Source: an uncultured Ectothiorhodospiraceae bacterium
GTDB taxonomy: Bacteria > Pseudomonadota > Gammaproteobacteria > UBA6429 > Thiohalophilaceae
Direction: 5' to 3'
DNA length: 64,000 bases
Assembly (NCBI GenBank): GCA_947260005.1
Contig: CAMYOL010000010.1
Location: 26,227 to 90,226 of the forward strand
Part shown: positions 35,733-43,130 of the stretch, piece after piece
Position numbering within the stretch: the stretch's first letter is position 1
Layout: each line of letters opens with the position of its first letter
The notes under the pieces: generated by a model
Database searches by the model: none
What the model saw: only the letters and a program-made list of their open reading frames with translations
Told to the model about the DNA's origin: nothing
Made by a program: the position numbers and the translations under genes

Positions 35733-36162
35733 AAAGTCCCCCCTCCATTTGGATACAACGCAATCAGTTCTTAAAAATTATTTTCTTAATTATGGTTGGA
35801 TAGTACCAGAACCTTTTCTGAACAAGCTCCTCATAATTACATTACAAATGGTATGTTCGTCGCGTCCATTTTGGTTCAAGACCAAAGTTCAATAAGTTAT
35901 TACCATATGCATATCTATTATAAGGTTTGCTAAATTTTTGATCCACTATTATTGAGGTTTCTGTGAACTGAGTGTAAAAAAGTACCAGTTCTCAAATTGA
36001 GCCAGTTTATACTATATATACACAACAACTAACAACATTACACAGGCTAAGACAAGCCATAGATAACTCCTTTAAACAAAGTCTCAGATTTGCGCTAATT
36101 CCTTGAAATCAAACTTGAAAAAAAAATATTGAGTAGCCTTTAGCATAATAATAAGCTGGAAT

Positions 36163-36190
36163 AAAATTCCCTGAGATCAGGAATTTTTTA
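36163..36190. terminator. Possible bidirectional intrinsic terminator or insulator hairpin
   Basis: AAAATTCC - ctgagatca - GGAATTTT forms an 8-bp AT-rich stem. It is flanked by T-runs on both strands. It lies between the upstream minus-strand genes and the start of the giant gene. The stem is weak. Confidence 0.3.
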
Positions 36191-36449
36191 TACAAATTTA
36201 CTGCTATCTTTTAACTTTTCAGGTAACACCCCAGCCAATCATGGGTGCTAAACATTAAATATAGTAAGGTTTGTGAGTTGGTCGTTAAAGCGTTCTTTAT
36301 AACTTCACTATACGGTTTAATAAAAATACAGACCCACAACTAATAAATTAATTTACAGATTTATTAATTAAAACTAGAAAGTAGAATTCAGTCGCTATAA
36401 ATAGCGAAAACCAAGTTTCAATTTTGACCACTCCTTTATCCATATCAGT

Positions 36450-36506
36450 TTGGGTTGGGTTGGGTTGGGTTGGGTTGGGTTGGGTTGGGTTGGGTTGGGT
36501 TGGGGG
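36450..36506 (+). repeat. (TTGGG)11 pentanucleotide microsatellite ending in GG; 11 G-tracts
   Basis: Read directly: five consecutive 10-nt blocks tgggttgggt (36451-36500) followed by tgggggctc. The G-rich strand is the + strand. The array is about 720-770 nt upstream of the giant-gene start codon. Confidence 0.95.
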
Positions 36507-37380
36507 CTCACTGCCTCATCGAACAAGATACACATGATCTGGCGTTCAACCTTAAATTCGTTAAGCCTATGTTTATGAAATATGAAAAAGTTGTTCCGCT
36601 ATCGAAAATTAATTATGACCTTTGTTGTAAAATAATTATTTGTAGTTTGTTTTCTCAGGCAGCGATGTAATAATCAAATTAATATTTAATAAGTAATATG
36701 CACTGATTATTTATATTTCTTAGATACTAAAAAGGCGGGTTGGTTAGCAACGACAGCTGCGAATCAACTCCTGTTACCGCCGTAAAAAAGCCAATTATCT
36801 AATTGATTTTAAATGGTTGCTACTGAGATTGTGCTATTAACTATCGCAGGTCATCACCGTTACATCGATCGTAGCATCGGTATCATCCACACACCCTGAT
36901 TCGATACTTACCGCCGTTGCTGCATAACCAGGAATTGACCGAACACATTCTCGGTGAAATTGTCGCGGAAGTCGTTCTTATCATCGGCAACAGCAACACG
37001 GCGTCCAAATTAATTGAGCGATTGAGTGCAATTTTACTGTGTCCTGAATACTTCCCGTCGGTAAATAATCAGTCTGATACACCCAATAGCGAGTTTAATC
37101 ATTTTTTTGTGGACACAAAGTATCGATTCTTTACTGACACCAAACTCAGAAAGACCAGGTATGGTAACTAATGGGATCGATATTAATACTAATTTACTTG
37201 TCACCGAACTTTCTATCAGTTTCCGAACAGAAACATAGGTTATAACTATTCAGGCGACACTGAATATTTCAAATGGACTAATGAAGTTGCATTCCATTTG
37301 CATCTCCAGTTACACCGGCATACATTCACCACGTAAATATTATCAAACCCTGTTAGATCTGGTATGTTTGTCCCGGTAAG

Positions 37381-37808
37381 CTACTGAATATAAGTAGGCA
37401 CGGTATTACTGTGCCCTACAACCAGTACCTTTCTGCCGGCATTGTTGTCAGCTATATGGGCCAGCAACTGCTGTGTGTCATTAGCCGGTATCACTAATGT
37501 TGTCAAACTAAGATGTTGTGCCAAGTCCTGGACAGTTCGTTGTGTTCTTTTGAATTCTGTTACATATATAGCACTGATGTTCGATTGACCTGCCACATGT
37601 ACCAGTTCTTCTGCACGGCGAATCCCCATTTCAGTAAGTTGACCTGCAGGCGTTCTTTCTGCATGCCGAATGAGCAGAACAGTCGTAGGAGAAAACCACC
37701 AACACCACCAAAACACAACCAAAACACAACCAACAGCGTAACAACAAATATTGCGATAACAAATATCGGACGAAACCGTAATTTATTTTTTTTCGCAAAC
37801 TGTTCCAT
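37381..37808 (-). pseudogene. Membrane-anchored histidine phosphatase (PGAM/SixA superfamily) split by a frameshift at an 11-bp tandem duplication
   Basis: The ATG at 37808 has a strong AGGAGA box 6-7 nt upstream. It encodes MEQFAKKNKLRFRPIFVIAIFVVTLLVVFW..., a basic N-terminus plus a TM helix. The catalytic domain is in the other frame: ...TVLLIRHAERTPAG...VLVVGHSNTVP, with an RH(A/G)-type motif and a distal GH motif. The track opens that frame only at a TTG (37722). Removing one copy of the 11-mer fuses the two frames exactly, giving ...TLLVVFWWCWWFSPTTVLLIRHAERT. Confidence 0.6.
37710..37731. repeat. Perfect tandem duplication of an 11-mer (AAAACACAACC x2 on the + strand)
   Basis: Read directly at 37710-37720 and 37721-37731. 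The start codons of the two ORFs are 86 nt apart, which is 2 mod 3, and 11 is also 2 mod 3. One copy therefore accounts for the frame offset. Confidence 0.9.
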
Positions 37809-37844
37809 CAGTTATCTCCTGTTAGATTACTACAAACTATCTCA

Positions 37845-39887
37845 CTAAAAATCACAGTAAAAGAGAATATATAAACCTAGTAGAAATATTATTAATATCG
37901 CTATGGCAAATATTTTCTGAATCTGTGGGGTTCCTGCCCCCATTAGTATCCTGATTAGTGCAATGACCGCCACGATCAAAGCAATAATTACAATTATTAT
38001 CAGCAGACAGCACCACCAGCTACCCCCGCAAAAGACCGGGCCAATTTCAAAACCATGGATAGCATCTGTACCCGTCGCACCACGCAGGATACCAGCGGCA
38101 TCGCGGTTATGATGATCAACTCCCATACTAGCGCGATCGCTAACGAGTAATAGTGCATTACCCGCCAGGTCAGAGCCGTTGATGGTCACCATATGAATAC
38201 CATCATCTGAACCATCACTCGCTATATCCGCTTCGGCAATGATACCCTGCCATATTGTTCTGGCATGAGCCGGTTGGCTGGAAGTCAATGCAGGTGTTAC
38301 GCCAAGTGGCGTAATGGCAGTAATCGAAGCGCTTTGCATTGCCTCGCTGAATTCCACTTCAATGGTGACGTCGTTATTACGTGATGCTATTCCCATAACT
38401 GCATCGGCAAAATTGGCGGGCTGGCTGACGAGTTGCGGTATACTGTTGTCCCAATTCCACTGGGATTGATATACAGTATCTGAATTAGAATAAACGGTTA
38501 CGCGCTGCACATAAGGTCGTGAATTATCCAAAACAACCGCTTGCACAGAGTCACTGTTATGCAACTGGTCTTCGAGTAATACATGTATATTATAAGTACC
38601 GTCAGGAAATTTCGCCTCCTGGTTCTCACGAGCGCGGGTCGCATCCGAACCATTCGGTGCTGTACCACTAGCAGCCCTTGCATCAGTACGCCATACCTGA
38701 TTGGCATCAAGGTTCGCCACAGCACCATCGGTACCTGTTGTATTGGTTAACAAGTGGTGAAAACGTTTGCTACCAATTGTTTTATCCGGATCATAGACCG
38801 CTAAAAAATTCGCCTGAGAACCCGATTGACCAAACCAGTTATCAAAATTATGTAGTATGTAAGGGGCCGCCGCATTACGTATGTCATCACCAGCCGCTAC
38901 GGTACTTTCTACCCAATATCCGGATTTGTGCACACCCTGGCGAGGATCAGAACCCATGTTGTCAGTTACTTCTGCACTGATATCCACATCACCCCAGATA
39001 GCGCCAGTCGTGAAGTAAGAGTTATCAGGGCGCTTGTAAATAATGGTATTTCCTTCACCATCGACATCCTCCAGCCCTGGGGTATTACCCAGCGGATCAC
39101 GATCGGCATTGGACTGGAAAAATTCAAACGGATTGTAGATATTACTGCCGTCTGCTTCATAACCATACGTACCCGTCCAGCTGGTATAGGCAAGCTGATG
39201 TACATGACGTCGCCCAGCGCCATATGCAGTTGTGCTGATCTCAGCCACCACTTCACCGGGCATCACCACCTCACCTTCTGCTTTTAGTGTTATATTTTGA
39301 ATATGCAAATAGATATCATAAACAGTACCGGTACCATCAAGTACCTCGACTGAGAAGAATCCTCCGGAAAATCCGGCATCCTTTTTCTTTATGATGCCAC
39401 CACGTGTTGCAAGTACGACCTGACCACCATTTCCATCAGCCTGGATATCAATGCCTTCGTGGAAACGCCAGATATTGAATATCGTGGCATCTTGCCAGCT
39501 ATTCATCATTTCGTGGTTACCATTTTGCAGGGGCCAGACAATCGAAAGCTTGTTTGCACCTTCGTTACTAAAACTGGAATCACCATCTGCATTGTAGGCA
39601 CGTACGCGATAGGTGTATTCAGTGTCAACGGCTGTGGTGTCATCTGTGAACTCGATGATATTCGGGCCAACTATTGCTATTTGTGTGAAAGAGGTTACGG
39701 TCGTTTTACGTTCAATTTTGAAACCTGATTCGTCTCCTGCATTATCAGTCCAGAATAAACGCATATCATTCGCTGTATAGACGGGAACAGCCATCAGTTC
39801 AGTTGGTGCATTTGGTATTGCAGCGAATACTGGCCAACTTATCAGGGCGGCTAATAGCATTATAAACCGGATAAAATACGTCTTCAT
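37845..39887 (-). CDS. Exported FN3-domain + M23 (lysostaphin-like) metallopeptidase with a C-terminal hydrophobic membrane anchor
   Basis: 680-aa ORF. Signal peptide MKTYFIRFIMLLAALISWPVFAA. FN3-like segment PNAPTEL...LFWTDNAGDESGFKIERK...YTYRVRAYNADGDS. M23 signature FHEGIDIQADGNGGQVVLATRGGII ... YDIYLHIQNI ... GRRHVHQL (HxxxD and HxH zinc ligands). The C-terminus GGSWWCCLLIIIVIIALIVAVIALI...IFAIAILIIFLLGLYILFY provides two hydrophobic helices. An AAGGGAAG box precedes the ATG. Confidence 0.85.
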   Translation of the reverse strand: MKTYFIRFIMLLAALISWPVFAAIPNAPTELMAVPVYTANDMRLFWTDNAGDESGFKIERKTTVTSFTQIAIVGPNIIEFTDDTTAVDTEYTYRVRAYNADGDSSFSNEGANKLSIVWPLQNGNHEMMNSWQDATIFNIWRFHEGIDIQADGNGGQVVLATRGGIIKKKDAGFSGGFFSVEVLDGTGTVYDIYLHIQNITLKAEGEVVMPGEVVAEISTTAYGAGRRHVHQLAYTSWTGTYGYEADGSNIYNPFEFFQSNADRDPLGNTPGLEDVDGEGNTIIYKRPDNSYFTTGAIWGDVDISAEVTDNMGSDPRQGVHKSGYWVESTVAAGDDIRNAAAPYILHNFDNWFGQSGSQANFLAVYDPDKTIGSKRFHHLLTNTTGTDGAVANLDANQVWRTDARAASGTAPNGSDATRARENQEAKFPDGTYNIHVLLEDQLHNSDSVQAVVLDNSRPYVQRVTVYSNSDTVYQSQWNWDNSIPQLVSQPANFADAVMGIASRNNDVTIEVEFSEAMQSASITAITPLGVTPALTSSQPAHARTIWQGIIAEADIASDGSDDGIHMVTINGSDLAGNALLLVSDRASMGVDHHNRDAAGILRGATGTDAIHGFEIGPVFCGGSWWCCLLIIIVIIALIVAVIALIRILMGAGTPQIQKIFAIAILIIFLLGLYILFYCDF

Positions 39888-39938
39888 ATCACTTCCCTTT
39901 TTCTGTCAGTTTTACTTGACCCTTTAATCCATTTGTAT

Positions 39939-41084
39939 TTAATCAAAATTTATCGTGTACTGTTTTTTGTCTGTCGCTAAAACATGGAAGGATCGGTTCG
40001 TAAGCCATTTAATATTGATTGGACGTCCAGGTTGATACTGATCATCCAGATCACGTTGGTTCAGTATTTTTCCTTCCCGCATGGAAACAACACGAGTACG
40101 CCAGGTGTATTTGGCTTTCTTAGCGTCGGCTAGTTCAGCTGTAATAATGGCCAGATGCGCATTGTCATTCGACACAGCCGCCGCATAGGGACTTGCCAGG
40201 CGATAAAAATTCATACTGCGCCAGAGTACCGCTCCTTTATCTGCATCAATATTTAGCAACGAACTGATAGCAAAAATGAATAAGTGGTTCTCATTCTTGC
40301 CTGAGAATATAAGTGTGTTTACTCTTTTTATTTCTTTGACTGTATTGATCGCCGTTCCCTTTTTATCATAGAGCGTTACGTCACTAATACCGCGCTTATC
40401 TTTTGTTTTTGTCGATAGTGCCAGCGCAATCGTACTGCCCTTGTGTCGTACTGCGGCATTTGTTACAAATTGCCCAGCCTCCAAGGCATTCATAAACCTT
40501 GCCTTGCCAGTTGGTGAATAAAAAGTCATATAAAGACGGTCGGTCTTATCCTGATCTCGCCGTGCACCAACCACCACAAAGTAACCATCCCTTGACATAG
40601 CAATAATAGAATTACTCGTATGTTTAGTACTTTCAGCTAATACCTGCCCCGTATTGGAATATAAAACCCAGCTCAATTCCCTTCGCGTATTACGAACAAT
40701 ATCGCCGAAATCGCCATACTTTAATATTGTATTACCTCCTTCAGAGACCATCGTGCCAAGGAAGGCTTCAACCATAAAACTTTGACCAGAGCCAAGACTG
40801 ACAATGTTACGTACACCTTTTTTATCTTCCTGCAATACCTCACAACCCACTAGTCTGCCAGAGACATCTATCAAACGCTTAGAACCCTCAGCACATTCAA
40901 CTGGTTTTGTACTACTTTTTGATTCTGAAATACGCAATGTTTTAGTCGATTGCGCATTGACCGACGCGCCAAAAAACATACTTATAAAGATAAGGACTAA
41001 AACACAACGCAAGCTCGAAAGCTTGCTTGTTAAAGTAAGATTCATTTCCATTATGCGATCCCCATCCTTAGTTAAGGTCATCAA
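39939..41084 (-). CDS. Secreted hypothetical protein, possibly a beta-propeller-like repeat fold
   Basis: 381-aa ORF. It has an N-terminal signal peptide ...LRCVLVLIFISMFFGASVNA/QS. The real start is probably the internal ATG at about 41051 (MEMNLTL...), preceded by GGATGGGG, rather than the TTG at 41084. I recognised no catalytic motif. Confidence 0.7.
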   Translation of the reverse strand: MMTLTKDGDRIMEMNLTLTSKLSSLRCVLVLIFISMFFGASVNAQSTKTLRISESKSSTKPVECAEGSKRLIDVSGRLVGCEVLQEDKKGVRNIVSLGSGQSFMVEAFLGTMVSEGGNTILKYGDFGDIVRNTRRELSWVLYSNTGQVLAESTKHTSNSIIAMSRDGYFVVVGARRDQDKTDRLYMTFYSPTGKARFMNALEAGQFVTNAAVRHKGSTIALALSTKTKDKRGISDVTLYDKKGTAINTVKEIKRVNTLIFSGKNENHLFIFAISSLLNIDADKGAVLWRSMNFYRLASPYAAAVSNDNAHLAIITAELADAKKAKYTWRTRVVSMREGKILNQRDLDDQYQPGRPINIKWLTNRSFHVLATDKKQYTINFD

Positions 41085-41493
41085 AACATAACCTATTCTT
41101 CACTAATAATTTCCTAGCTATAAAGTCACGAACTGACTTGTCCTGAAAAATATAGATCATTATAAAAGTAGTACAATATTAAAGAAAAATGTATATTTGT
41201 TTGGGCGCATATTAATCAAACATATCGCAGGACCTGCTTAATAATGAATTTAATGATGTAGATCAGTTTTTATAAAATAATTATGGGCATACAAATCATC
41301 AAATCCTTATTAATACAAAATATCCTATTTTAAGTTTATGTAATTTCATACGAAAATGCTCACAGAAATATTATTTATTAACTTTAAACATATATTTGTA
41401 AGTTACGTGTAAGTTATTATAAAAAATAATAAAGCTATCCTGGAGAACGGCTAAATATAAACCTAATTTATAGTACAACTTAACTGGGAGGGT

Positions 41494-41643
41494 ATGCCTT
41501 ACGTTAAGCCAGAGGGACTTCCGTTAACAAAAAAACAATTACGAACCGCACCTTGCATACACGCTCGCACATCATTCCACTCGTGTAATGATGTTAATGT
41601 TAATGTTGATGTTAATGTTAATGTTAATTTTAATAATAGATAA
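41494..41643 (+). CDS. Speculative 49-codon sORF whose C-terminal (V-N)n tail is encoded by the hexanucleotide microsatellite
   Basis: GGGAGGG lies 1-3 nt before the ATG at 41494, which is short spacing. Translation gives MPYVKPEGLPLTKKQLRTAPCIHARTSFHSCNDVNVNVDVNVNVNFNNR* with a TAA at 41641. The length is below the ORF-track cutoff. This is the only plus-strand coding candidate in the region. Confidence 0.25.
   Translation: MPYVKPEGLPLTKKQLRTAPCIHARTSFHSCNDVNVNVDVNVNVNFNNR
41591..41626. repeat. (ATGTTA)6 hexanucleotide microsatellite, with one unit reading ATGTTG
   Basis: Read directly: atgtta atgtta atgttg atgtta atgtta atgtta. It is flanked by degenerate units (aatg..., atttta). It sits about 500 nt upstream of the 381-aa gene. 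Confidence 0.9.
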
Positions 41644-41675
41644 GCTTGTTATGATAAAAAATCTTTGATTTGTAG

Positions 41676-41703
41676 AAAACAAAAAAGGGCTGCGAAAGCA
41701 GCC
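41676..41703 (-). terminator. Rho-independent terminator downstream of the 81-aa gene
   Basis: The minus strand reads GGCTGC-TTTC-GCAGCC followed by CTTTTTTGTTTTC. This is a GC-rich 6-bp stem, a tetraloop and a T-tract. It lies about 150 nt after the stop codon at 41854. Confidence 0.75.
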
Positions 41704-41853
41704 TTTGATAATTGGCGTCACCAAGGGTTCCGCTCCCGTACTTGGCCCAGACCAGACGCATATAGAAAAGAAAGATCTGACTATCTTACAGAACTCAACT
41801 CATAACTAGAATTGTCATTTAGTCAAAAATTCATTCCAATTTGTATTGTTTAC

Positions 41854-42099
41854 TTATCCTTGCTCGGGAATACTCATTCTCCCTTCCAGTAATTGTGTCA
41901 GTACCTTTTCATCTGCATAATAATTCGCGCCGTTTCTGTCATCATGAATGTCCTTTGCTGTATTCTTCGCCTCTTTCTCCGAAATACCCAACGTGCCTTC
42001 CAGATAGTCTGCAAGAATATCCAGATTCTGGTAATAATCGGTACCCGCACGATCTTCCAGGATATGTTTAGCGACTGTATTTGCTTGTTGATTTGACAT
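41854..42099 (-). CDS. Small acidic protein made of two tandem ~36-aa repeats (hypothetical; candidate partner or immunity protein of the upstream peptidase)
   Basis: 81-aa ORF with an AAAGGAGAG box before the ATG. Repeat 1 is NTVAKHILEDRAGTDYYQNLDILADYLEGTLGISEK. Repeat 2 is NT-AKDIHDDRNGANYYADEKVLTQLLEGRMSIPEQ. About 16 of 36 positions are identical. It starts 46 nt downstream of the peptidase gene and is followed by a terminator. Confidence 0.7.
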   Translation of the reverse strand: MSNQQANTVAKHILEDRAGTDYYQNLDILADYLEGTLGISEKEAKNTAKDIHDDRNGANYYADEKVLTQLLEGRMSIPEQG

Positions 42100-42145
42100 G
42101 CCTCTCTCCTTTTTGAATGAGTGTTTAATAACGACAGTTGTACTT

Positions 42146-42946
42146 TCATTCGAAAGTACCTAACCATTCCTGTGTTTGTTCATGATCCACAAAAACATTG
42201 AGCACCGTTTCTATTCGCTTACGCGATTCAGAATCAGCTAACTCAGTATCAATCGTGGTATAGAGGTTCCGAAGAATTTCTGGGGGAGACAGTTCGGGTA
42301 ACGCCTGTCCAAAAGCAGACTCAGAAATCGATAATAAAAATTGACTCCACAGTGCATCATCCTCTAAATCACCGCTTAATCCAATATCGTTCAGGATTTT
42401 ATAGGTTGCCGTTGATGTTTGGTTACCATAGATACCATCAATGAGTACTGGTTCAGCAAAGACATGGGTGAGTGCAGACTGTAAAAACAGGACTCTGGAT
42501 TTTGAGGTCCTTGAAAATGCTACTGAAGAACCATCATCGATATGAAAATGATCATGATGAGCACGATTATAGAGATAACCCAATACCGTTCCAAAATGGC
42601 GCCTGATAATCGCCTCAATGCCTAAATAAAACACGGGATTTGATGGATAATCCAAGGTGATAAAATCCTTATCTGGCCAGAAAATTGCGTCGAGATCGAA
42701 GCCACGCCCCAGCCCGTGATAACCAGCTTTATTCACATACGCCCCGGCAGAGGTAATGACTTCCGCCTGACCATAAGGACATACTTGCCAGAGTTCTTCA
42801 AAACAGGCAGCCAGTTTTTGTTCGAATGCTTCCAGGCAATAAAACCGATAGGATCGTCCACGTGTTGCATAGGGCGCCACCGGTGGACGTGCATAGTGCA
42901 CAGGAATACCGCTGAGTTCTGTAAAATAATTTTGTGGACGGCTCAT
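42146..42946 (-). CDS. Leaderless LAS-superfamily (extensin-like / M15-like) zinc peptidase-like protein with a C-terminal PG_binding_1-like peptidoglycan-binding repeat
   Basis: 266-aa ORF with AAGGAAA 8 nt before the ATG. GYHGLGRGFDLD is an H-x6-D zinc-ligand motif. FGTVLGYLYNRAHHDHFHIDDG is the H-x-H motif in the same context as extensin-like C-terminal and MepA-type LAS enzymes. IDGIYGNQTSTATYKILNDIGLSGDLEDDALWSQFL matches the DG-hydrophobic-F/Y-G-x-x-T...L pattern of PG_binding_1. There is no signal peptide. Confidence 0.7.
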   Translation of the reverse strand: MSRPQNYFTELSGIPVHYARPPVAPYATRGRSYRFYCLEAFEQKLAACFEELWQVCPYGQAEVITSAGAYVNKAGYHGLGRGFDLDAIFWPDKDFITLDYPSNPVFYLGIEAIIRRHFGTVLGYLYNRAHHDHFHIDDGSSVAFSRTSKSRVLFLQSALTHVFAEPVLIDGIYGNQTSTATYKILNDIGLSGDLEDDALWSQFLLSISESAFGQALPELSPPEILRNLYTTIDTELADSESRKRIETVLNVFVDHEQTQEWLGTFE

Positions 42947-43004
42947 AATGTAATTTCCTTATAAATTTTTCTTTTAAATAACAATTGGTTTCGCAACATA
43001 TGGG

Positions 43005-43130
43005 CTATGTGATTGCTGGGGCCTGAACAGTGAAGTTATCTTGAGATGTGTCAGATTGAGCTTGACCATCCGCATTATTAGCGGAAGGTGATGTGGATTC
43101 GACTATTCCCTGGGTGACGCGCTCTTCCAT
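43005..43130 (-). CDS. Speculative 41-codon sORF upstream of the LAS peptidase gene
   Basis: Hand translation gives MEERVTQGIVESTSPSANNADGQAQSDTSQDNFTVQAPAIT*. The upstream box is weak (aacAGGGtaa). The sequence is low-complexity and polar. It ends 58 nt before the peptidase start. Confidence 0.15.
   Translation of the reverse strand: MEERVTQGIVESTSPSANNADGQAQSDTSQDNFTVQAPAIT

Noticed and set aside
257-35895. Dozens of 60-216-aa ORFs in the track on both strands across the first 35.7 kb, for example 2004..2573 (+), 5164..5538 (+), 8170..8820 (+), 15086..15472 (+), 29643..29996 (+) and 33746..34063 (-).
   Set aside because: All lie inside or antisense to the single long minus-strand frame. 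Their translations are low-complexity, Cys/Arg/His-rich shadow sequences with no start signals. The giant frame explains the whole interval.
36455-36670. 71-aa ORF beginning MGWVGLGWVGLGWVGLG...
   Set aside because: Its N-terminus is simply the TTGGG microsatellite read as protein from a TTG codon. It has no SD box and no recognisable motif.
36917-37171. 84-aa plus-strand ORF (MLHNQELTEHILGEIV...) in the long spacer.
   Set aside because: It has a TTG start, no obvious ribosome-binding site and no motif I recognise. Its orientation is opposite to all neighbours. I cannot exclude a small real gene or a gene remnant, but the support is insufficient.
37241-37275. ATTCAG-n6-CTGAAT hairpin downstream of the phosphatase gene as a terminator.
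   Set aside because: It is a 6-bp AT-rich stem with no T-tract on either strand. This is too weak to call.
37560-37808. 82-aa ORF treated as an independent gene.
   Set aside because: Only its first ~30 codons (basic N-terminus plus TM helix) look protein-like. The rest is the out-of-frame reading of the phosphatase domain. It is better explained as the 5' half of a frameshifted gene.
36450-41626. Possibility that the short tandem repeats (TTGGG at 36450-36506, ATGTTA at 41591-41626) represent CRISPR arrays.
   Set aside because: The units are 5-6 nt with no spacers and there are no cas genes. These are microsatellites.
41841-42167. Three further overlapping ORFs around the 81-aa gene: 41841..42071 (+), 41893..42096 (+) and 41898..42167 (-).
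   Set aside because: Only 41854..42099 (-) has a strong SD box (AAAGGAGAG), a clean internal duplication and a downstream terminator. The others are alternative-frame or antisense shadows with Cys/Arg-rich or repetitive junk translations.
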